Origin: Nitrospinia bacterium
GTDB taxonomy: Bacteria; Nitrospinota; Nitrospinia; Nitrospinales; JAJDAT01
Assembly (NCBI GenBank): GCA_029261715.1
Contig: JAJDAT010000037.1
Location: 64,141 to 128,140, forward strand
Length of the DNA stretch: 64,000 bases
Direction: 5' to 3'
The notes below the pieces were generated by a model. That model saw only the letters and a list, made by a program, of their open reading frames with translations. It was not told where the DNA came from and did no database searches. Of this stretch, positions 56,654-64,000 are shown piece by piece. A program made the translations under genes and the position numbers. Position 1 is the stretch's first letter. Each line of letters starts with the position of its first letter.

Positions 56654-56959
56654 ATGAGCGATTCTCATAGCCCTGAAGCAAAAGCCTATTGGAAAGAAAA
56701 TATTCGTATCGTTCTTTCGCTGTTAGCGATATGGTTTTCCGTTTCCTTTGGCATGGCTATCGTGTTTGCAGACGCTTTGGATAACATTCGCTTCTTCGGA
56801 TTCAAATTAGGTTTCTGGATGGCGCAGCAAGGTTCTATTTATTGCTTCGTCATTCTCATCTTTGTCTATGTCTATAAGATGAACAAACTCGATCATAAAT
56901 ATGGCGTTGATGAAGACTCGGACGACTTAGCCGATAATGAAACTCCTCCCAAAAAATAA
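56654..56959 (+). CDS. DUF4212 small subunit of a sodium:solute symporter
   Basis: YWKENIRIVLSLLAIWFSVSFG...FFGFKLGFWMAQQGSIYCFVILIFVY. It precedes the large SSS subunit by 22 nt. Confidence 0.8.
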   Translation: MSDSHSPEAKAYWKENIRIVLSLLAIWFSVSFGMAIVFADALDNIRFFGFKLGFWMAQQGSIYCFVILIFVYVYKMNKLDHKYGVDEDSDDLADNETPPKK

Positions 56960-56981
56960 TTAATCGTAATAACAACCCAAT

Positions 56982-58754
56982 ATGAATGTCCAGACATTAA
57001 CTTTTATTTTCGTGGGATTTACCTTCGCCGTTTATATTGGGATAGCCATTTGGTCGCGAGCTGGCAACACCGATGATTTCTACGTTGCCGGTGGCGGAGT
57101 CCCGCCTCTTGCTAATGGCATGGCCACGGCGGCGGATTGGATGTCTGCCGCTTCGTTTATTTCCATGGCCGGTATCATATCTTTTGTTGGGAGAGATGGC
57201 GCCGTTTACTTAATGGGATGGACCGGCGGTTATGTTCTGCTGGCTTTGCTTCTCGCGCCATATTTGCGGAAATTTGGTAAATACACCGTTCCGGATTTTG
57301 TAGGCGATCGTTATTATTCCAACGTCGCTCGGCTGGTCGCCGTCGTCTGTGTTTTATTTGTTTCGTTCACTTACGTAGCCGGTCAAATGCGCGGAGTCGG
57401 GATTGTTTTTTCACGCTTTCTGGAAGTTGACATCACAACCGGCGTTATGATCGGGATGGGTATTGTCTTCTTTTACGCCGTGCTGGGAGGCATGAAAGGA
57501 ATTACCTACACACAGGTGGCGCAGTTTTGTGTTTTAATTTTTGCGTTTCTAGTTCCGGCAATTTTCATATCCATGATGATGACAGGAAATCCCGTTCCGC
57601 AATTAGGATTTGGCAGTACCCTGACAGACGGTTCTAATATTTATGTTCTCGATAAGTTGGATCAACTATCACAGGACCTTGGGTTCGAAGCATATACAGC
57701 AGGTAATAAATCCACCATCGACGTTTTCTTTATCACAGCGGCGCTTATGGTAGGCACCGCTGGATTACCACATGTCATTGTCAGATTCTTTACCGTCCCC
57801 AAAGTTCGCGACGCTCGCGTTTCGGCGGGATACGCCTTGGTATTTATCGCCATATTATATACAACCGCTCCGGCTTTGGCCTCATTCGCCCGAGTCAACT
57901 TGATCAATACTGTGAACAATGCGGAATATAAAACAACCCCCGCCTGGTTTAAAAATTGGGAGAATACCAATCTCATTGCCTGGGTCGATAAGAATCAAGA
58001 TGGAAAAATTCAGTACACTGCGGGAAAAGCCTTTAGAGGAAAACCTCAGTTTTTAGAAGAGAGAGGCTTAAAAGGAGAACGAAAAATTTCTAACTCTTCC
58101 ACCAACAATCACAACGAACTTTATATCGATCGCGACATTATGGTTTTAGCCAACCCAGAAATCGCAGGTTTACCCAATTGGGTTATCGCTTTGGTTGCGG
58201 CAGGGGGTCTGGCCGCCGCTCTTTCCACTGCCGCCGGATTATTGCTCGTGATATCTACCTCAATATCTCACGATCTATTGAAAAAAATGTTCATGCCCAA
58301 TATCTCCGACAAACAAGAGCTGTTGTTTGCCCGGTTAGCCGCCGCATTTGCCATTATCATTGCAGGGTACTTCGGAATCTATCCACCAGGTTTTGTCGCG
58401 CAAGTGGTCGCGTTTGCATTTGGGCTAGCCGCTTCGTCATTTTTTCCGATTATTTTAATGGGAATTTTTTCGAAACGCATGAATAAAGAAGGCGCTGTTG
58501 CTGGAATGATAACCGGACTGACCTTCACCGCCAGCTACATCGTCTATTTTAAATTTATCAATCCCGTCGCAAATACTGCTGAAAGCTGGTGGTTTGGAAT
58601 ATCGCCAGAAGGCATTGGAACTTTAGGAATGATATTTAATTTTATGATTGCAAGTCTGATCTGCCGCTTCACAGCCCCGCCACCGCAAGCGATTAAAGAC
58701 ATGGTAGACGATATAAGAATTCCACGAGGCGCCGCAGGCTCCTACCATCACTAA
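56982..58754 (+). CDS. Sodium:solute symporter family permease (VC_2705/ActP-like large subunit)
   Basis: About 13 TM helices. DFYVAGGGVPPLANGMATAADWMSAASFISMAG and GLPHVIVRFFTV are SSS-family blocks. Confidence 0.9.
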   Translation: MNVQTLTFIFVGFTFAVYIGIAIWSRAGNTDDFYVAGGGVPPLANGMATAADWMSAASFISMAGIISFVGRDGAVYLMGWTGGYVLLALLLAPYLRKFGKYTVPDFVGDRYYSNVARLVAVVCVLFVSFTYVAGQMRGVGIVFSRFLEVDITTGVMIGMGIVFFYAVLGGMKGITYTQVAQFCVLIFAFLVPAIFISMMMTGNPVPQLGFGSTLTDGSNIYVLDKLDQLSQDLGFEAYTAGNKSTIDVFFITAALMVGTAGLPHVIVRFFTVPKVRDARVSAGYALVFIAILYTTAPALASFARVNLINTVNNAEYKTTPAWFKNWENTNLIAWVDKNQDGKIQYTAGKAFRGKPQFLEERGLKGERKISNSSTNNHNELYIDRDIMVLANPEIAGLPNWVIALVAAGGLAAALSTAAGLLLVISTSISHDLLKKMFMPNISDKQELLFARLAAAFAIIIAGYFGIYPPGFVAQVVAFAFGLAASSFFPIILMGIFSKRMNKEGAVAGMITGLTFTASYIVYFKFINPVANTAESWWFGISPEGIGTLGMIFNFMIASLICRFTAPPPQAIKDMVDDIRIPRGAAGSYHH

Positions 58755-58909
58755 AACTTTTGAATCTTTATAAGTAAGCGTCACTTTTTGCTCCACTTCA
58801 AAAAGTAATACAGATTTTTTACGTTTGAGACTCTTAACTACTTTTTCCTTTTATCACCACAATAAATCAAGTCCTATGAAATCGGCCTTATAGCTGATAA
58901 CTTATTATC

Positions 58910-60079
58910 ATGGATAACCGCGGTTCAAAAAAAGAAACGGCTCTTATCTTAAGCGCTATTTTTATCGGCGGAATCATAATGGTGGTGGACTTAATGATTC
59001 CCCTAGGGGTTGCGGGTGGGGTCCCTTATGTAGTCTTAGTCCTTCTAGGTCTGTGGTCTCCAGATAAGCGTTTCACGCTTTTAGCCGCATTCGTCGGTTC
59101 AGCCCTTACGGTTTTCGGGTTCTATCTATCGCCTCCAGGCGGCGAGCTTTGGAAAGTCATATTTAACCGTTCTTTAGCTTTGTTTATTATCTGGATGACT
59201 GCCATTCTTTGTTTACGTTACAAACGTTCTGAGAACGCATTAAAACAGCACCGAGAACAACTTGAAAAGTTGGTAAATAAACGAACCCAAGCTTTACATG
59301 AATCCAACCAACAATTAGAAAACTATCAAAACCATTTGGAAGAAATCGTGCAAACTCGAACAAAAGAGTTGGAAGAAACTAACCGGCAATTAATTCATTC
59401 CGAGAAACTTTCGGCCACGGGTAAACTTGCGGCTTCCATTGCCCATGAATTCAACAATCCAATTTGTGGAATTCGCAATGCTCTTGAAAGAATCTTGGAA
59501 AAGGTCCCCATGGACAATAGCCACGAAAGCACAACTAAAATCGCCATCAACGAGTGTAATCGGGTTGCCAAATTAATAAAACAACTCAATGATTTTCATC
59601 GCCCTTCAACTGACATAATGGAATCCTTTGATATCCATAAAACGATCGATGAAATGACGTTTTTATTTCAAAAGAAATTAAAGGATAGAAATATTCATTT
59701 GAAAAAAAACTATTGCCAGCCTACTCTTTTAATAAAAGCCATCCCCGATCAAATTAAACAAGTGATTCTGAATTTAATGCAAAATGCAGAAGAATCTTTT
59801 ATCGAAGATCGGGGAGAGATTGTTATTACAACGAAAAAAACAGACTCCTCAATAAAAATCCATATAAAAGATTTTGGACAAGGAATTCCCGAAAACAATC
59901 TGGATAAGATTTTTGATCCTTTTTTCACCACTAAATCGGACGTCAAAGGAATTGGATTGGGACTCTCGGTGAGCTATGGAATTGTGGAAAATCATGGAGG
60001 CACCATAGTAGTCGATAGCAAGTTCGGCGAGGGAACTCATTTTATATTGACTCTCCCATTGGCAGGAAAAGCAAATTGA
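58910..60079 (+). CDS. Membrane sensor histidine kinase
   Basis: Three or four N-terminal TM helices, a coiled coil, H-box [15 protein letters not shown], and [25 protein letters not shown]. Confidence 0.85.
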   Translation: MDNRGSKKETALILSAIFIGGIIMVVDLMIPLGVAGGVPYVVLVLLGLWSPDKRFTLLAAFVGSALTVFGFYLSPPGGELWKVIFNRSLALFIIWMTAILCLRYKRSENALKQHREQLEKLVNKRTQALHESNQQLENYQNHLEEIVQTRTKELEETNRQLIHSEKLSATGKLAASIAHEFNNPICGIRNALERILEKVPMDNSHESTTKIAINECNRVAKLIKQLNDFHRPSTDIMESFDIHKTIDEMTFLFQKKLKDRNIHLKKNYCQPTLLIKAIPDQIKQVILNLMQNAEESFIEDRGEIVITTKKTDSSIKIHIKDFGQGIPENNLDKIFDPFFTTKSDVKGIGLGLSVSYGIVENHGGTIVVDSKFGEGTHFILTLPLAGKAN

Positions 60080-60675
60080 TGAGTAAACAATCTATATTGA
60101 TCATTGACGACGAGGCTCTAATCCTGGACACAATGAGCAAAGATTTGTCCGAACAGGGCTACCAAGTCGACACAGCAAGAAACGGCGCAGAAGGAATTCG
60201 AAAGTTTCGCGATGTTCAGCATGATTTGGTGGTAGTGGATCTCGTTATGAAAGAATTGAATGGAATACAAGTCGCTAAAGAAGTCAAAGAATTAAAACCA
60301 GGCACGAAAATAATTTTTATCACCGGATACGGAACCCGAAGTTCGGCAATTGAAGCCCTTCGCTTGGGAGCTTCTGACTTTTTTATCAAACCTTATAACC
60401 GAAACGAATTGTTTCAAAGAATTTCCTCTTGTTTCGAGGATCAAAAGAACTCCACACATGGTATGAGTAAGATTTTATTAGAAAAAGTTGAAACGAATTC
60501 CTTATCGCGTAAGGAAAAAGAAGTGATCGCTCTTCTGCTCAAAGGTCTGTCAGATAAAGAAATTGCCTTTCGACTTTTTATCAGTATCAATACCGTTAAA
60601 ACCCATCTCAAACATATTTACGAAAAATTAGACATCAAAGGTCGAAAAGAACTTCTTAAATTAGCAATTGGATAA
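60076..60675 (+). CDS. NarL/FixJ (LuxR-type HTH) response regulator
   Basis: REC (ILIIDDE...DLVVVDLVMKELNG...KPY) plus LuxR HTH (LSRKEKEVIALLLKGLSDKEIAFRLFISINTVKTHLKHIYEKL). It overlaps the kinase stop. Confidence 0.9.
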   Translation: MMSKQSILIIDDEALILDTMSKDLSEQGYQVDTARNGAEGIRKFRDVQHDLVVVDLVMKELNGIQVAKEVKELKPGTKIIFITGYGTRSSAIEALRLGASDFFIKPYNRNELFQRISSCFEDQKNSTHGMSKILLEKVETNSLSRKEKEVIALLLKGLSDKEIAFRLFISINTVKTHLKHIYEKLDIKGRKELLKLAIG

Positions 60676-60833
60676 CAATTTTCCAATCCTCCCTCAATAA
60701 ACCCAACAATTCCCTCATATAAAAACCCAAAAATCACTCTAATGGGTGATTTAATTTTTCTCATTAAGGCATAAATTAAATAGAAGCAGTTTTCGATTTA
60801 AATAAAAATAATAAACCTATCTAATAAGGCGGC

Positions 60834-61349
60834 TTGATCAAAATGTCTAAACTTAGAATTAAGATTCTAATTATATCCATTGGGTTGCTGTTAGATATAT
60901 GCGGCTTTCAATATAGGCAAGCGCTAGCCCAAAGTGATACAGGCTATAACTCTTATGGAGATTATGTCGAAGAAATTATTATTGATAAAAAAAACTATCA
61001 AAAACAAGAAGCGAAGAGACTTCAAGAAAAACATAAACACTATCTTGAAATGATCAAGAACAATCCCAAAAATCCCACTCCCTATCATTATTTAGGCAGT
61101 CTTTACCTTAAGTTAGACCGCCCACAAAAAGCCATTCATACTTATAAAAATTTGCTAAATTTAACTCCACTGGACGCCAAAGCGCATTTCAGTATAAGTC
61201 AGGCATTTAACAAGGTTCAAGATGGAACTAACGCCATAAAACATATGGAAAAAGCTAATCAGATATTTCGGGATAATTTCAACCTTTTTGGAAAAACTAA
61301 AACACAAAAACTATTAAAAAAGCTAAAGAATCGATATCCCTCTCAATAA
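60834..61349 (+). CDS. Secreted TPR-repeat protein
   Basis: Signal peptide, then two or three TPR-like units (PYHYLGSLYLKLDRPQKAIHTYKNLLNLTPLDAKAHFSISQAF). Confidence 0.6.
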   Translation: MIKMSKLRIKILIISIGLLLDICGFQYRQALAQSDTGYNSYGDYVEEIIIDKKNYQKQEAKRLQEKHKHYLEMIKNNPKNPTPYHYLGSLYLKLDRPQKAIHTYKNLLNLTPLDAKAHFSISQAFNKVQDGTNAIKHMEKANQIFRDNFNLFGKTKTQKLLKKLKNRYPSQ

Positions 61350-61520
61350 AAAAATTAGCGTAATCCAACGAACCATCAGAAAGGATTACAAGTTATGAAA
61401 CGTTATTTTCAAACTAAATTTATGGATCATTACGTCGAAAGTGTTTCACGCTTATTAATTAAGACATCTAAAATATTTTGTTTTTTGTTCAGGTTTTATT
61501 GAGAGTATAATGGAAATATA

Positions 61521-61826
61521 TTGAGTAATAAGTTGGTAGAAAATATGTTTTTAAAGTCCTTTCGAAAAAAAAACCATTGGGTCGCCGTGTTATTAGCGTT
61601 GGCGCTTTTATTCTCGGCATCATCTGCACTCGCCATGTCGTTTCAAATGAGCGATATGGATGATAAGGAATGTACTGCGCCTGCAACCTGCGAAATGTGC
61701 TGTATGGTTTATCTATCCGCCCCCATAAAGTTTGAGCAGAAAAATAGTTTCACACCTGTGAAACCTTCTTTAAGAATATCCTTCCCAGAGTTACGTCCCT
61801 TTAGTATTTATCACCCTCCCAAATAG
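61521..61826 (+). CDS. Small secreted Cys/Met-containing protein upstream of the copper oxidase; likely start is the ATG at 61545
   Basis: From 61545: MFLKSFRKKNHWVAVLLALALLFSASSALA signal peptide, then MSFQMSDMDDKECTAPATCEMCCM. Possibly DUF2946-like (uncertain). Confidence 0.45.
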   Translation: MSNKLVENMFLKSFRKKNHWVAVLLALALLFSASSALAMSFQMSDMDDKECTAPATCEMCCMVYLSAPIKFEQKNSFTPVKPSLRISFPELRPFSIYHPPK

Positions 61827-61906
61827 TTTTTCCTACACATAAAGTTTTTTTAGTTAATCCAAGCTAGATTCTTTGGCTTCAGCCTTAGGAAATAAGGTAG
61901 AAGTTT

Positions 61907-61965
61907 TATTAAATCGAGGCGAGATCCTTCACCAAACTTAAAAGTTTGCTTCAGGATGACACGTG
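61907..61965 (+). repeat. Copy 2 of the 59-nt dispersed motif, embedded in a larger potential fold (61863-61987)
   Basis: See copy 1. The inner hairpin is CAAACTT-aa-AAGTTTG. The outer helices are GAAGTTTT (61900-61907) with AAAACTTC (61969-61976), and GCTAG (61863-61867) with CTAGC (61983-61987). Confidence 0.6.
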
Positions 61966-62159
61966 GAGAAAACTTCGTAATCCTAGCTCTTTATTTTAAT
62001 TAGCGCATAAACTCATAACTAAAAAAATAATGAGCCACTTAAATTTCGTTTAAATCGTCACTCTCCTATCAGATGGAGAAACCTGCTTGTATTAGAAACG
62101 ATTTAAAGATCAACCAAACGCATACAGTCCCAATGGAATTACATATATAAAAGGCAATC

Positions 62160-64000
62160 ATGAAAAAACTTATTTTCATTTCATTATTTTCATTCGTTCT
62201 ATTTTCAACAACGCCCAGTTTTTCCAAAACAGTTCAATACGATATTACTATTGGATACAAGCAAATGAACTTTACCGGCAAAACCGTTACCGCAATGACG
62301 TTAAACGACACCATTCCCGGACCAACTCTAAGATTCAAAGAAGGAGATTTCGCCGTAGTCAACATCCACAACTCTATGGACGTGGAAACGTCCATTCACT
62401 GGCACGGAATTTTACTCCCCAACCGCCAAGACGGCGTGCCGTATGTGAATAATCCACCCATTGAGCCAGGTCGAACGGTCAAATTCCAATTCCCTATCAA
62501 ACAAGCCGGTACCTATTGGTATCACTCCCATACAGGATTACAAGAACAGCAAGGCGTGTATGGCGGCATCGTCATTTCTCCTAATGAAGACAAGACAATA
62601 AAAGCGACTCAAGATAAAGTCATCATCTTGTCGGATTGGGTCGATGAAAACCCTGACGATGTGATGCGAACACTAAAAAGCGGCAACGAATACTACAACT
62701 GGAAAAAAGGAACCATTCAAAGTTTTGAGGGAGCCATTTCTAAAAAAGCGGTTTCCGATTTTGCTAAAAGAAGTTTGATGCGAATGCCACCTATGGATCT
62801 TTCCGATGTGGCCTACGATCGATTCCTCACAAACGGCAAATCTGAGATCACAATTCCCGCGAAACCCGGAGAAAAAATACGACTTCGTTTTATTAACGCC
62901 GGAGCTTCAACCTACTTCTATTTACAATTTGCAGGTAGCCCTCTGCAAGTAGTTGCTGCAGACGGTATAGACATTCAACCCATAAAGCTAAACCGACTCT
63001 TGATCGCTATTGCGGAAACTTACGACATCATTGTGACTCTTCCAGCTAGCGGAGCTTATGAGCTTCGAGCCAGCTCTCAAGATGGATCGGGAAAAACCTC
63101 CATTTTCGTCGGTAACGGTAAAAAGGTTTACGCGCAAGACGTGCCCAAACCCAATCTGTATAAAATGAAAATGAACAGTTCTCATAAAAAGATGATGCCC
63201 GATCTGTATCGCCCTCTATCGCCTTATAAAATACTTCGCGCAACCAACCCTACATCTCTTCCTTCTAAAAACCCATCCAGAGAAATTGTTTTAAATCTGA
63301 CCGGAGATATGAACCGCTTTGTTTGGTCCATCAACGGCAAAACCATTTCAGCGAACAACAAAATCAATATACGTCACGGAGAAAATGTTCGTTTTATCAT
63401 TAACAACAAAACCATGATGCACCACCCCATGCACCTGCACGGTCACTTTTTTAGATTGGTGAACGGACAGGGAAACTATTCTCCGTTAAAACATACGGTA
63501 GACATTCCTCCAAATGGAACGCAAATCATAGAATTTGAAGCCAGCGAGTTCAACGACTGGTTTTTCCATTGTCATGTCCTCTATCATGCCAAAGCCGGAA
63601 TGGCGCGTGTTGTCAGTTACGAAGACAAAGAACTCGATAAAGATCTAAAAGACATCCGGCCCAAACTTTATAAAGATTCCTGGTTTCTATGGGGAAATGG
63701 GACCATTCAATCGCACATGACAGACGGGTCTGCTATTTTGAGCAACTCGTATAACATTTTAAGCACCGTCTGGGAAATAGGTTGGAATCGAGTGGATCAA
63801 ATAGAAAGCGATGTCGAACTGACCTACGACAGATATTTCAATAGATTCTTCACCGTTTTTGTCGGAGGTAATTTAACCGACGAATACGGGCGCGGAATAT
63901 TCGGTTTTCGTTATTTATTGCCGTTCAATTTTGCGAGCTCGGTTCGAACGGACACCGAAGGAGAGTTTAGGATCACATTGGAGCAATCGGTGAGAGTTAC
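62160..64000 (+). CDS. copA: Multicopper oxidase (CopA/PcoA type) continuing into a CopB-like domain; runs off the window (3' partial)
   Basis: Absent from the ORF track because no stop is reached. My translation is open from the ATG at 62160 to 64000. Sec signal; copper ligand motifs HWHG, YWYHSH, HPMHLHGH and HCHVLYHAKAGM. After about 63670 the sequence (YDRYFNRFFTVFVGG...GIFGFRYLLPFNFASSVRTDTEGEFRITLEQ) resembles CopB. Confidence 0.9.
   Translation, partial: MKKLIFISLFSFVLFSTTPSFSKTVQYDITIGYKQMNFTGKTVTAMTLNDTIPGPTLRFKEGDFAVVNIHNSMDVETSIHWHGILLPNRQDGVPYVNNPPIEPGRTVKFQFPIKQAGTYWYHSHTGLQEQQGVYGGIVISPNEDKTIKATQDKVIILSDWVDENPDDVMRTLKSGNEYYNWKKGTIQSFEGAISKKAVSDFAKRSLMRMPPMDLSDVAYDRFLTNGKSEITIPAKPGEKIRLRFINAGASTYFYLQFAGSPLQVVAADGIDIQPIKLNRLLIAIAETYDIIVTLPASGAYELRASSQDGSGKTSIFVGNGKKVYAQDVPKPNLYKMKMNSSHKKMMPDLYRPLSPYKILRATNPTSLPSKNPSREIVLNLTGDMNRFVWSINGKTISANNKINIRHGENVRFIINNKTMMHHPMHLHGHFFRLVNGQGNYSPLKHTVDIPPNGTQIIEFEASEFNDWFFHCHVLYHAKAGMARVVSYEDKELDKDLKDIRPKLYKDSWFLWGNGTIQSHMTDGSAILSNSYNILSTVWEIGWNRVDQIESDVELTYDRYFNRFFTVFVGGNLTDEYGRGIFGFRYLLPFNFASSVRTDTEGEFRITLEQSVRV

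Noticed and set aside
20987-61965. The two 59-nt motif copies treated as att-like direct repeats bounding a 41-kb island.
   Set aside because: The copies are only about 78% identical. The enclosed DNA has host-like composition and contains core genes (lhr, pyk, phosphohexomutase, degP). No integrase is present.
63930-63950. A tRNA-like T-arm string (ggttcgaac) and, more generally, any tRNA, rRNA or CRISPR signals.
   Set aside because: The string lies inside the multicopper oxidase frame and has no acceptor or anticodon arms. No cloverleaf, rRNA-like conserved block or repeat-spacer array was seen anywhere in the window.

Overview
AT-rich (roughly 35-40% GC by hand counts) chromosomal segment from a Gram-negative bacterium; the evidence for this is TonB-dependent receptors, DegP/HtpX, a SPOR protein and a CopB-like barrel. 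I cannot assign a taxon. About 55 protein genes are supportable. I found no rRNA, tRNA or CRISPR array.

Housekeeping genes: alr, pyrD, pyk, a phosphomanno/phosphoglucomutase and lhr.

Signalling is heavily represented:
- a class I adenylate cyclase heading an operon with a MotA/PomA-like channel, a pentapeptide-repeat protein and a DUF2784 membrane protein;
- a flavoenzyme fused to two cNMP-binding domains and a poly-ferredoxin;
- a cheB-cheY-cheC-hybrid kinase cluster with no cheA/W/R or MCP in the window;
- three paralogous hybrid histidine kinases sharing an unassigned C-terminal module;
- an operon of two tandem TonB-dependent receptor paralogs, a YfiR/DUF4154-like protein and a hybrid kinase;
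- a DUF4212/SSS transporter with a HK/LuxR pair.

Other content: an envelope/heat-stress neighbourhood (hsp20, four small orphan genes, htpX-like, degP), a MarR-controlled divergent locus with a perfect 15-bp inverted repeat, and a multicopper oxidase that continues into a CopB-like domain at the window edge.

The most anomalous stretch is 18163-20569, a GC-richer insert. It holds an orphan 430-codon ORF with no motif I can recognise, a decayed Y1 (IS200/REP-type) transposase-like fragment, and a 123-codon ORF broken by an in-frame TGA. A 59-nt motif with compensatory hairpin changes occurs twice (20987-21045 and 61907-61965).

I cannot show that any of these is a genuinely new system. The candidates are ranked in the findings, each with explicit tests.
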